From the NCBI GenBank assembly GCA_051294375.1, contig CM119266.1, positions 2,845,812-2,909,811 on the forward strand: DNA of 64,000 nucleotides. Direction: 5' to 3'. The stretch is from Paraspadella gotoi. Its lineage: Eukaryota; Animalia; Chaetognatha. How positions within the stretch are numbered: position 1 is the first letter of the stretch; every line of letters begins with the position of its first letter. Below the pieces are notes generated by a model. It saw nothing but the letters and a program-made list of their open reading frames with translations, was not told the origin of the DNA and searched no databases. This document shows positions 1 to 12,223 of this stretch, in pieces. Position numbers and translations under genes: made by a program.

Positions 1-3000
1 GATCTCACTACGAAGGAGGAGAAGAACGAGGTTCACGTCTTCTTTAACAAGAGGTGTTCTAACGGGGGGGCATTCTGCTACAGTGTCAGCATTTAACACT
101 ACCGCTTTTAAATTTGTTACCATTCGTCGTTGTGACAACTTCTCCGTCTTACCACTTCTCTATGTAGCATATTACGGCTTCGTGTGAAGGCCGACCGTGA
201 GCTGCCGCAAGTAAAGCACATGAGCGATTTGCTGAAGCGTGGCATCGGAGTTCATCACAGCGGAATCCTCCCCATCCTGAAGGAGGTCATCGAGATGCTT
301 TTCCAAAAAGGTAAACAATTTAATTTTGTCACTTTATTATTTTATTTATTTAGTTATAATTATTTATTTATTATTTATATTCATTCTTACTTTGACAAGG
401 CTTGGTGAAGATCCTCTTCGCGACGGAGACTTTCGCCATGGGAGTAAACATGCCCGCGCGAACTGTCGTCTACGATTCTCTGAAGAAGCACGATGGCACG
501 GGGCTAAGATTCTTGCAGCCGGGCGAATACACGCAGATGGCGGGACGGGCCGGTCGACGAGGTGCGGAAAGCATTAGTCAAAAAAATTAAAAAAAAAAAA
601 ACATGAAGTAATCGGAGTTAACAAAATTTTCATCGTTGTCTTTTCCCCTTAAGGTCTCGATAAGACCGGCATGGTGATCATCCTTTGCAAGGGCGACATC
701 TACGAAGCTTCCGACTTGCACCGCGTCATGCTGGGCAAACCTTTCAAGCTTGAGTCTCAGTTCCGCCTAACCTATTCTATGATCCTCAACTTGCTGCGGG
801 TGGAGCAACTTCGCGTGGAGGACATGATGAAGAGAAGCTTCTCCGAGTTTCACAATCAGCGGAAGAAGGGAGACTTTGAGGCCGCGCTGGAGAGCGTCAA
901 GGAAAGGTGAGGTAGAAAGAAAAGTTAACGTGACATGTTTTGACATCAATTGACAACTTTTGTTAGTAGTCCGTCAAATAACTAAACTCCGAATAAAAAG
1001 TTCGATATCTAATTCATCTATATGCTATCTAATGTTTGTTTAATCAATATTTGATGGTGTCTAGGTTGGGCAATATCCACGAAGTCGACTGCCCCTGGTG
1101 CTCGTCGGACCTCGAGAACTACTATGTACTATGCGAAGAGTACGGACGCGAGCGTCGCTCGACCATGAGGCATCTCATGTTCTACTCTCACGTACATAAG
1201 ACTTTGGCGCATGGACGAGTCCTCGTCTTTAAGGGACCCAAGACCGATCCCGCCTTCGCCTATTCGCCCAGGCGCCTGCAGGTCGGGGTCATTCTTAACG
1301 CCTTCGGAGAGGCTTCCGCCAGGTGCACTTGGGAATGAGTCTCATCCGTTCCCCCCCCCCCATTTGAACGCTGATTATTGAGGTTCTTTCGGTTTCTACA
1401 CGCAGGATCCTATTATGCTGTTATTTTGTAAGAGGGATGGAGGCCTTCACCCACCAAGTCAAGGAGACCAGATAGATTGTTTGTTGAATGAAAGAACAAT
1501 TTTTATATATATATTGTGGACGCAACAAATAAGAGTAAGAATGATTTATTCTTCAACAAGGTTATAAACAATAACAGTCAAAAATGCTCAGATGCTAAGT
1601 ATATTACAATGGTATTTACAAGGTCAACGTTTGACCATAAAGAGATAGGGGGAAAACGATCGAGGGTAAGTTTGGTAAGGTCAATTGGTTTGACCGAGGT
1701 TGCGTGTCTTAGTTGTTCGTCCACAATATATTGGTTGTACAAAATTCATTGAGGAAAACCGGGACTATTTCTTGTACTCAGAAAATTTACCGTGTTAACC
1801 CTCGACGACGGAGAACCCTTGCCCCCCGACGAGGCCGTCGATGCCGATCGGGTAGAGCCCGTTCTGACTCCGAGTCTCTTCTATCCGAGCGACACGGTTT
1901 ATCATCGTCTCGTCATCGTCGCCGCCGACGACATCGTCACCATCTGCTTCAAGACGATCAAAGTCGAGAGCGACAAGATCATCGACAATGTCAAGAAGCG
2001 AGAGATGCCACGATTCGCCATGGTCTGATTTGATTTCATCTACCAATTATAAATAAGTTGAAATGAAATTACCACAAATTGAGTCACTGTCAGGATTCTG
2101 GTAAAAGTAAAATAAGTTTTCATCTCAAACAGGATCCCCCGGGCAAGTCGGTGGTGGCCGCCGTCGACCAACTCTGCAAGTTGACACTTGAAAACCCAGC
2201 GGGCCTGGAGGGGATGGACTTTCGCAAGGACCTCAAAGCGAAAGACATCGATATTGTCGAGCAGCTCGAGTCCGTGCGGATCTTGAGAGAGAAACTCAGC
2301 AACGAGTTCGCTTGTCTCTCTTGCGACCAGTTCCAGGAACACTTTGACCAACTCGCGCTCAACCAAAAGGTTCGCAAGGAGTTCCGCGAACTGCAGTACC
2401 GCCTATCAGACGAGTCGCTCCAGCTATTGCCCGAGTACGACCAGAGGCTTAACGTCCTCAAGGGTCTTAAGTATGTGGACGCTGAAACGGGCGCCGTCCA
2501 GCTCAAGGGAAGGATCTCCTGTGAGATCAACAATCACGAACTCATGATAACCGAGTTGATTCTACAGGTGGGTTAATTTTGAGGTTTTTTGTCCGAAGAA
2601 AATCGTGGCAAAAAAATAACTCGATTTTATTGAAATGGACAGAACGTTTTGACGCCGTTGGAACCGACGGAAATAGCGGCGTTGATGTCTTCCATGGTCT
2701 GTCAGGAGAAACGGTGCTCTGAGCCGAATTTGAACCAGACCCTTACAAAGGGTAATTGATTATTAACTTGTTCACTATTTTACCGTCGAATTGGAACGCT
2801 TTGTTATAAATTCCCTCTTAGGAAAAGAAGAGTTTCAGCGGGTTGCCAGAGAAATCGGCGAACTGCAGAGAACTTGCGGTTTGAAAGAACCCGTCGAAGA
2901 TTTTGTTGAACAAGTACAACATACCCCGTGTCCGTTCGAGTGACACCAAAAAAATATTTTCTAATACTTTAAATATTTAATAAATACAATTCATTAGTTA

Positions 3001-6000
3001 AAGAACTACTGGACGTTTTTTATGTATAAGGTTTCATTTCGTGTTTAATTCATTTACTTATCTATGTTTTTTTATCTAACACAGTAAAATTGGCGAAAAA
3101 AGATCTTTTAGGCTTGTTCTTGATTGAATTTACTGAAGATGAAATTGGATGACCTTTAAAGAAAGGTTGTTTTACATAAGTAAATATCAAATTTATCAAA
3201 TTAATATATAAATACTTTGCTATAGAATGAGGAAAGAAAATTTAATATATTATTCCAATGAGAAATGGTACATATTTTTTGGTGTCACTCGCGAACGGAC
3301 ACGGGGTAGTTATTTTAGAATGTATTTTCTACAGTCCTGTGAACAAAAAAATATAAAGCTTGCATTTTTACTGTTTGGGACAGGCTAACTATACTAATTA
3401 GGGGTAGGGAATCTGATGTAAGGTCAAAAACCGTCGCAAACCTCGATATCGCTTGACTACCAGGCCCTGAATGAGCAATTTTTAGGCTTTTTTAGAATTT
3501 CCCAATAATTTTTTGTAGTTTATTTATTATCCCACTGAAATAAACAATAATTAATTAGTTTTTTATTCTTTTTTTAACCCATTTTAAAAGTACAATTAAA
3601 TGATGTACTTTAATATTTTTTTCTTTCTTAGCCCTGAAACGAGCATAATACCTCAAAAAAAGGGTTTTTTTAAAATTTTCTAAAAAATTTATTCTGATTT
3701 TTTAGTAATCACTTAATTTTAAATTTGCCATTTAATTCAGAATAAGTAAAAGTCTTTGGTTTGTTTGGCAATGGTAAAGTTTTATTTATTTCATAGAAAT
3801 TATGGACATGTTTTTAAGAAGTCATAATCTTCATCAGCATAAAATTAAAAATTTTTGGAGACATGGTTTGAGAAGAAAAAAAAAGAGAGAGAGAGTGAGA
3901 GAGATGGAAATTGTTTTCCTTTTCAAACCAATGTCTCCCAAAACTTTTAATTTTCACTGATGAAAACTCTAGTAATTCACCAAGACCCTATTATCACAGT
4001 ATTATTTTTTAATTATATTAAAAAGAAATTCATAATATTGAAAGTAAAAATTGATGAATAAAATTTCAAAGCTTCAGAATTGAGTCAAGATGTTAGGACA
4101 GGAGAAAGTAAGGGAAGGGAAGGAGAGTGAGTAAATTTGAGATTGGTGAAAGAGAGAGAGAGATTAATACATTTGGCAATGTACAACAGTGATAGAAGTG
4201 AAAACTTAAAGTAACATCAAAGCCTCAAACCCTCTTTTGACCGTGATGGAGGACGATTCGAAACTCCCTTCCAGCTAATGATCGCTTAACAAAACTGGTG
4301 GAGCACCCAACGCCACCTCAAGCCGCACGGTGATTCCCCTGTCCCCACTCAAATGGGTCAGGCGGAGACCTAAGCAATGCATCTGATGCTCTCCTGAGCT
4401 GCAGCAACTTGGCCGACTTTCGTGCTGAGCGCCGCAAAAACGAACGGCTGCAAGAGGGAGGAGAGAATCTGTATCAAAACAGGCCAGACAGATAAATGCC
4501 CGCCTCACCATCAGGTTGGAAGAGGCTCTCGGCGCAGCCTATCATTCAGAGAGAATATACGAATGGCACTGGAATTTTCAGCCGATCTTAGCCAGACGAA
4601 CCAATCCACTCACCACAATATTTCCTTCAGCATTACAGGCCAATGAACGAGCCTCGGTAATGTCCCTCATTTGCCCCGGGCAGGGGGGGCCAGCTCATTT
4701 TGAGCTTTTTCCATCTTATTTCTCTTAAAAAAATTTCTTAAGTATCCCTCCAACTTATTCTTCCATTTCATATTTCTTCTTCTATTAACCAAATTCTCAC
4801 AAACATTTATTATTAATTAAACTTATATACTTTTCGTTTTTCACTTCTATTCATTGTTTAATATTGCCAAATATATTATCTCTCTCTCTCTCTCTCTCTT
4901 CTTTCTTTCTTTTCACCAATCTCAAATTCAATCATCAATATCACTCAATAAATCTCCCTCTTCTCTCTCTCCCTTAAACCAATAAAAAAAGTTTGTGAAT
5001 GTATCTTTTTTCAATCTGATGAAGATCGAAACTAGAGTCGAAACTTGTCATTATATAAAAAAAGTGTTAAGCGGAAAAAATTTCGTTTTTTCCTTTAATA
5101 TTTTTTATTTAAAAATAGTTTGGGCCCTTTGCATGGTTTAATAAACGAAAATTATTTCTTTTTTTATGTCTTTTTAAATATAAAAAAAAAACCCGATTGG
5201 ATTGTTTTCAGTAATCATTTACTTGAAAAATAATAATTAATAAATAATAAAATATAAAATTTAAAAAAGTTTTAACCTATTTTAAATGAAAGCAAATGTT
5301 TTATATTAAATATATTTTATACATTTTTATACAATCTTGATTGAACTTTACCTTTAAAAGGGATTTGATAAAGTCAAAACAGGGAAAAATGCTCCTTCTG
5401 GCCCCTGTTTTTTTAAAACTGTTACTTCAAATTATGATAAATATTAAAGTTTTATATAATAAAAGTTAATTTACTTTTTCTTTAGTTTAAAAAAGTAATT
5501 TTAATAGAATAATGATAATTAAACGTTTTAAAATGTGGGAAAAATTGGAAAAATGCTCGTTCAGGGCCCGGTAGTCAAGCGATTTCGACTAACTGAGCAA
5601 TTTCGACCTCACCATCAAATTTCCCACCCCAAAATTGGTCTAATAAGCCTGGTCCTACCATTAAAAAATATAATTTTGAGTTTTTTTGAAAGGTTTTAAA
5701 CAGTCCTGTGCAAAAAAACACGCCTTTTTATTTCGGACTTTAAAAATTACCCTATACTTTTAAATTTTTTTAAAAAATTTAAAAATAATTTTAAGTTTAT
5801 TGAAAGATGATAAGTTTGGTATAAATTTAATTAAAATCGGGTTATCCGTCTAGGAACAGTAATTTTTTAAAATGAATTACTCTACTGTAAAGCTGAACAA
5901 AAAAAAGATAATTTAAGATAATTTTTTTTTATAATTTACTGTAAAAAGATTAAAAATGAAAAAAAAAATTATACTGAATATCCGGAGGGATAGCTGGATA

Positions 6001-7028
6001 ACTGGATTGCCCCAAATCTTTAAATAATAATTTTAAAGTAATTAAAATATGATGAAAGTTAGGTCTATGATTCTGAAGCTTTTATACCGATTTCAAATGG
6101 GAGGTAAATGAAATAATTAAATATTGTGTCAAAATTATTTTATAAAACAATTTCAGATTTTTTACCTTAAATCCTGATAAAAAAATCATTGACGTTTTTT
6201 ATTTTTTTATTTTTAATAATCCAGTTTGTTTATTTTTTTAATTATGTGTTTAATGGCATGATCGATTTTAAAAAAAGCAAATTTTTGAATAAAATCTTTT
6301 TGTTGTAAGATAATTTGAATGTTAAAAGCTTTTTCACAACCACAATGATAACCTTTTTTATTTTATAGTTTTTTTAATTAAAAAAAATCCGTATAGATAA
6401 ATTAATTTTGGTTTTGGAACACAAGTTTAAAAAATTATATCTTTTAAACCATTTGACCGATTGTAATAAAATTTAGTTACATTAATTTTTTTTAATAAAT
6501 TTTTTAAATTTAATTTTTAAAAATATTTTTATATTATTATTATATAATATAATATATAATATAAATAATATAATATATAAATATAGTGTTTGGAATTTAA
6601 AGTTATAAAGTGGCGCGTTTTTTTTTTTTTGCACAGGACCGTAGATATAAGTACATTCGTTTGTAAATAATTATTAAACTTTTTTGCAGTTTCGTTTCGG
6701 TCTGGCCGAGGTGGTTTTAGAGTGGGCGAAAGGAACCCCCTTCGGCGACATATGTCAGTTGACGGATGTGCAAGAGGGCGTCATCGTCAGATGCATTCAG
6801 AGACTCGACGAAACTTGTCGGTAATTTTAAAGACTATCAGAACACGGCTCATTTTAAAAAGTCCAGTATTGTTTAAAAAATGTATATAACGCACTTCCTT
6901 TTTTTAACAGGGACGTAAAAAACGCGGCTCGTCTCGTGGGCGATCCGTTATTGACTTCCAAAATGGAACAAGCTTCCAATCTTATAAAAAGAGACATCGT
7001 TTTCGCCGCGTCCCTTTATACCCAGTAG
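1..7028 (+). CDS. SKIV2L: Ski2/SKIV2L DExH RNA helicase (exosome cofactor), 5'-partial; about 11 exons (approx. 1-53, 169-310, 400-561, 654-906, 1066-1322, 1782-2022, 2133-2567, 2644-2751, 2822-2913, 6690-6820, 6911-7028)
   Basis: Motifs [73 protein letters not shown]; DSHCT C-terminus [13 protein letters not shown]...[14 protein letters not shown] (TAG 7026-7028). GT-AG introns join the exons in phase. Confidence 0.95.
2924..3306. mobile_element. MITE with about 38-bp TIRs and TA target duplication (Tc1/mariner-type)
   Basis: Left TA|CCCCGTGTCCGTTCGAGTGACACCAAAAAAATAT; right ATATTTTTTTGGTGTCACTCGCGAACGGACACGGGG|TA. Confidence 0.85.
4125..5100 (+). mobile_element. Penelope-like element relic: degenerate GIY-YIG C-terminus, inverted pseudo-LTR segment and hammerhead motif
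   Basis: 4216-4290 reads, across frameshifts, IKASNP.L.RDGGRF.KLPSS (Penelope endonuclease tail of the PxLNRDGGR type). 4125-4205 is an inverted repeat of 4835-4930. Hammerhead core at 5016-5049. Confidence 0.6.
5013..5052 (+). ncRNA. Minimal type I hammerhead ribozyme motif
   Basis: AAT-CTGATGA-A-GAT(cgaaactaga)GTC-GAAA-CTTGTC-ATT: catalytic core intact, stems I and II short. Confidence 0.55.
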
Positions 7029-7343
7029 GATAAAAATTCCCAGCTTTAATTTATTTGAATGCTGTGATAAAATGGTCGTGTCAATTTGACCATTATTTTA
7101 CGATTTTACGAAACAAAACCCATCGTTTTAGGTTTACAATGGCGTGAAATTTGCGTTTTGTTATTTCTTTTTCTGCGGTTGTTATAGTAACTTTTTTTCG
7201 CAGATGTTATTTTTTGGAGTTGGTAATTACAAAAAAAAAAAACAAACAAAGAAAACAAAAAACAATTGGCGATAAAATAAAATTTTCGTCTCAATGGTTG
7301 ACTTTTGCTTTCTATACTTGATGATGCTACGAGAAGTCTGAAG

Positions 7344-10300
7344 ATGCCCGTCACCATGAATCTCTTCCAAACCGTCTTCACCGACTTCAATCCAAGGTTT
7401 AATTTAAGAAACTATAAACTTACAGCAATAAATAAGTTAAATACTATTTGATATTTTCTGCACCCTCCAGCAAATTCGTGGTCTACACGTCCCTCTTCCT
7501 CTTCGTTCTCCTCTTCGCCCTTCGCCTCGACGGTTTCATCACTTGGTCCTTTTGGTTCGTCTTTCTTCCTCTTTGGATCTGGAAGGGCGTCGTCGTCCTC
7601 AGCGCCCTCGTGGGTCTTCTCGTGTGGGCTCTCTATCGCGACGACTCCCCCTCCGTCGATGCCGACCCCGACCACAACTTTCAAGCGCCGCCCGGTCTCG
7701 GCGGCACCGCCCACTCCCACGCATACACTGCCACCGCGGCTCATTTTAAAGGTTGGAAGGGAAGGGAAGGGAAGGGAAGGGAAGGGGGTGGTAGGTAGAC
7801 TGCTAGTTAGTCCAAAACTGTTGTTATTGGTCACTTTGAAAAGGTTTCGATCGATGGTCAATTAATTCACGCTTTTTTATCCTTTGTCATGGCTTTAGAT
7901 AATGATTTTTCGTAAGGTTATACGTATATTAACAAAAAAATTTTCGAATTTAAAATTTGACTTTTGTATTAAACACTATTAACTTAATTTTTTTGGACAG
8001 CGATGCTGATGTCAGTAGCGACGCAGATGCTGCTGCTCATCTTCGAGGTTCTCGCCTGCGAAAAACTCGACGAGGGTCGGAGTTACAGATGGATTTTCGT
8101 CTTCAGTCCCCTCATTTTCATCTCCATCCTCTCCGTCTTCATCTGCGTCTGGTCCATCAAGAACGACCGGTCGCTGGAAGGAGGTGAGTTATTGGGAAGT
8201 GGGCGTCGTCGACTGCCGCCTGGAAAACGAGGGATTTCATTTGAAAGTAGGTCAAAGGTGTCAAGTGATAAAAAGATCACAGTCGCGTAATGCTCTCGAT
8301 CTCTCTCACACACACACATTCACAGGCTCACACCGAATGGCCGTTCCCGGTTCGCAACCTCTCCCGTCCTTCTCCATCCAAATGGAAATCATCTGCTCCG
8401 TAAACATCCTTCAATTCATATTTATCGCCTTGCGCTTGGACAACTTCCTCGATTGGAGGTAACCATAAAATGTAATTAAAATGATTGGATAATTTTCATA
8501 TTGGTTGTACCAGTTTCATAACTACTTGCTATTACTGTTTGAATTATAACGTTAATAACTTTACAGGTGGTCCGTCGTTTTTATACCGTTGTGGATCGTT
8601 ATGTTTCTCGCTCTCATTGTTGTTCTTTATTCTGTGATTCTCGCCTGCCTTTATTTGAGAAGGTTAGAAGCATGATAGAAATAAATTTTCTTAAAGAACA
8701 AGTTAATAAATGGGGGGGGGGAACTGTTGTAAATGAGCTGTTACATATTCACGCTGTTATAATCGCCCCAAATATTTTGTCTTGACCGCCTCAGTCCCGA
8801 CCTTTTCAACTACCACCGTCGCGGGAACATCAACGCCGCTTTGGCTCATTTCTTTTTCATCGTTCCCCTCCTCGTCTTCGAAATTATGCTCACGAAGAAG
8901 TTGGACTATCAGGCGATCGGGACGCCGCCATACGGTAAGAGGCCTGACGATCATTTCCTTTATTCAATATTCTCTTTCTTTTAAAACCTGAACCATAATT
9001 CTATCAGCCAAAAGCGGGGATACTCACCCCAACGCCCCTTACCTCTACATCTCTGTGGCGTTCCCACTTCTGGTGTCGCTGCTCACCCTTCTATTTACGT
9101 CCGTCGGAATCAGGGGCGGGAACCCCTGGTGGTGCGGGATTCGAAAGGATTTCTGCTCTTTTCTCGTTCTCAATCTCTGTCCTTTGTTGCAGGAGTATGG
9201 GAATATCTCTTACCAGGTAAGTGTTTAGTTTAGGAGGCAAAAGATCTGAAATTATCCCCATATTTTTATATCGCCAGACTGGTGTAGACCCGCCTTTGGC
9301 GAGATTTTGGTTTACTTTTACTTCTTAGTGAAATTGGATATTATAAAACTGCAATTGTAGGAAGTTAAAAATTTAGATATAGTTTTCCATCATCAAGATC
9401 AAAATGTCATGTTTCATATTGATACAAGTATTTGTTTGTTTTAATACAAAAGAATTATAATTTTTTATCTCACCGTCCGTCTATCCGTCCCCCCTTAGCA
9501 AAAAATTCCAATTACTCGTAATTGGATTAATTGTGTGTGGGTAGGGAAGTGTGTTATTGAGCTTGATATAAAGTTTCGATGGAATCGTGCGAGTGGAAAA
9601 AACATAAGTCACATTTACTTAAATCTAATTTAAATTTAAATTAAATAAATTTAATTCATTCATTAAATTAATTTTATTTATTCAATTTACTTATTTCAAT
9701 TCATTTTGTTTTATTCATTCATTGCATTTTTTATATGTTTTCCTATCAATGGTTCCTTATCATCGCATCAATCAAATTTTTTTTTCGGATAAATATTGAT
9801 CGATGGATCTTTGTGTTTTTCGGATTTTTTTATTAATTTTTAGCCGGAATCTGCTTACAGCAGATTCCGGCTCCATAATTCACTTTGTCGGTCCGCCCCC
9901 CCAATCTTGTTGGGCATTCACTTATATCATGTCAGAACATCGAATTATGATAAATTATGCAAAATGTCTGTCTGTCTCTGTCCGTCTGTCTGTCCGTCCG
10001 ACTGTCCCACCTTAGCAAAAAACACCAATTACGATTTGATGGAGGGATTGGAATGAAATTTTGTGTGTGGGTAGGAAAGTGTGTGATTGAGCTGGAAATC
10101 AATTTTCGATGGAATCGTCCGAGTTGAAATAAGTTAAAATGGAAAAATAATATTTCACTCTTTGAACACCAACTACTCGTGAGTGAATGGGGCGATTGAC
10201 TTCAAATTTTGTATGTGAGTAGGAAAGTGTGTTATTGAGCAGGTAATAAAGTTTCTATAGAATCGTCCAAGTGGAAATGAGTTAAAAACAAACCATCTAT

Positions 10301-10918
10301 TTCACTATTTGATTTTTTAAATTTTTATGTTATATGTAAATTCAAGCTGCATTAATTAATTATTAATAAATAAGTAATTAATTATTAATTATTTGTAATT
10401 AATTAATTTTGTGATCGAGATTGTTTTTTTGTGATTGAGAGGCGAGACAAAGTTGAAAACGATTTTATTTAATTAATTAATTATCAGATCAGCTGCTTAG
10501 CGCTAATGATCGTTGGCAGATCCGGTGATATCATGCCGATATCATGTTCCTGATTTGGCGAATCTTATTATACTTTTATATCGGTTAACGCAATAAGCTA
10601 ATTCGATTTCGAAAAATAACAATACAGTTCATGAATTATAAATTTCGGTCTCAACTTTCTTCTTCTCAGGTTCATCTGGACGACGAAATCTCCGACGAGC
10701 TGGACTCGAGCGTCTCCACGGTTCAGGGAACCCTGAGCAACAGCAGCAGCTACGAGAGCGGACGGCCTTCGCTCCAGCCTTCCGACTCATTCCCCTCCGG
10801 CCTGTCCTCCTCTTTCTCTTCGAGATTCTTCAAACCCAAGAAGAAGAACATTTCCCCGAGCGGCGGCGTTAAAACTTCCTCCACGGTCCCCGTTCTGTTC
10901 ATCGACGTCCCCGATTAA
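7344..10918 (+). CDS. TMEM185: Transmembrane protein 185 (FAM11) homolog; 8 exons (approx. 7344-7396, 7471-7751, 8001-8184, 8326-8458, 8567-8662, 8795-8934, 9008-9216, 10670-10918)
   Basis: MNLFQTVFTDFNPSKFVVY..LLFALRLDG.ITWSFW, DRSLE..EIICSVNILQFIFIALRLD, GGNPWWCGIRKDFC, CPLLQEYGNISY and C-terminal FIDVPD* match the TMEM185 family. Confidence 0.92.
9263..10610 (+). mobile_element. Nested Helentron-type non-autonomous elements (DINE-1/HINE-like); inner copy about 9837-10556
   Basis: T-rich start, 5' palindrome AGCCGGAATCTGCT-TAC-AGCAGATTCCGGCT, (GTCY)n microsatellite at 9965-10005, three internal copies of a TGTGTGGGTAGGAAAGTGTG...GATGGAATCGT unit, 3' subterminal GCAGATCCGG plus hairpin. Confidence 0.65.
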
Positions 10919-11165
10919 TCGCCAAACCCCTATTCCCTACCCCCTACCCCCACGCTACCCCTTAAGTCGAAAATTGACTTTGTCTTCGTCGTTGTTAAAA
11001 TTTACATGATGCGTTAGTTAAAGCAAGGCGCCTTTCTGACGATTACCTTCTGCAAACAAATATAAACAAAAGCTTAAGTTACAACGATACCGTTTTTCAA
11101 CAAGTTTACTTTAATGATGTAATATTCTTCAAATGAGATTGTCGGCGAACACGGACTCACTAGGG

Positions 11166-11596
11166 ATCCCAAAAATATCCTACTTTTAAGAAGTTGTTAG
11201 TTCTTGCAGAGTTTCTTATTCCAAATTTAGTGAAAAAAACGAATATCACACTGAAAAATTTTTCAGGTTGTGATTTTGGAACTTTCCACGCCACTTTGTG
11301 GCGTACCACTTCCGGTTCAAAAATAGCTGTTGTTTTTTGGAATAAAACGGTTCTAGAATAAATTTATTCATTTTTAAGCTTATTTTCTGGCTAATTATAC
11401 ATAGTTCTAGATATTTTATAAATTATAAGTAAATATATTTTGATTAATTTGCTAAGTGTGCTGGCTGAATAACTGCTTATTTCTTTCAGCATTCTGAAAA
11501 AAATTTTCAGGGTGATATTCATTTTCTCCAGTAAATTTGGAATGAGAAACTTTGCAAGAATCAAAAACTTTCAAAAATGTTTGATATTCCTGGGAG
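11166..11596. mobile_element. MITE-like element with about 100-bp imperfect terminal inverted repeats
   Basis: 11166-11267 (..TTCTTGCAGAGTTTCTTATTCCAAATTTA..GAATATCACACTGAAAAATTTTTCAG) is the reverse complement of 11494-11596. Confidence 0.7.
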
Positions 11597-12223
11597 ATCT
11601 AACACGAAGGTCTTGGTTGTGTCGCAGCGGAAAATCGTGAAACTTCTTATGCGTACGTAGAGATCTTGTGAAACACGTTGCTCATCAATTGATTCAATTG
11701 TGCTAACGATCAAATAAAATAATATCAATCATGTGATTCATTGGCGTCTTTTAAAAAATTTTTCAAGAAAAAATGTTCGATCAAAAACGAACGAAATTAT
11801 TTGCCTCGCAGTTTCTTTTGTATACAATATCTAGGTAAATTATTGGGTAACGCTTTCTCCCTTCTCCGAACCACTTTCAGTCATTCTGATTCTCGTTTTT
11901 TGCGATCTATACCCCGATCTATACCCCCTCTATCCCACCGCTTGTTGCAATTTTTTGTATTTCGATCAAAAAAGGTTTTTTTCTGGGAATACGCGTTTTG
12001 GTTTTCGTTCCGCCGGCTTCGTTCCCCCGTTATCTTTTGGGTCAACTATGGTTTTCTTTTTGGAAAGGAGACGGCAGGGAAGAAAGGAAAAAAATCGCCT
12101 TATATTCTTTATTCCCTTCGTTTATCTCGACAAAATACCTTTGAAAAAATTAATTAAATTTTTTTTTAATATTCGTACCCTTTCTAGAAAATAAAATCGA
12201 CTGGAGTCTGCGAGTAAGAAACT

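Larger units (their letters stand above)
3332..6641. mobile_element. Compound non-autonomous Tc1/mariner-like element(s) with CAGTCCTGTG termini in a SKIV2L intron
   Basis: TA|CAGTCCTGTG at 3332, a second CAGTCCTGTGCAAAAAAA at 5701, and TTTTTGCACAGGACCG|TA ending 6641. About 3367-3483 is an imperfect inverted repeat of about 5545-5660. Another TACAGTCCTGTG occurs near 59214. Confidence 0.65.
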
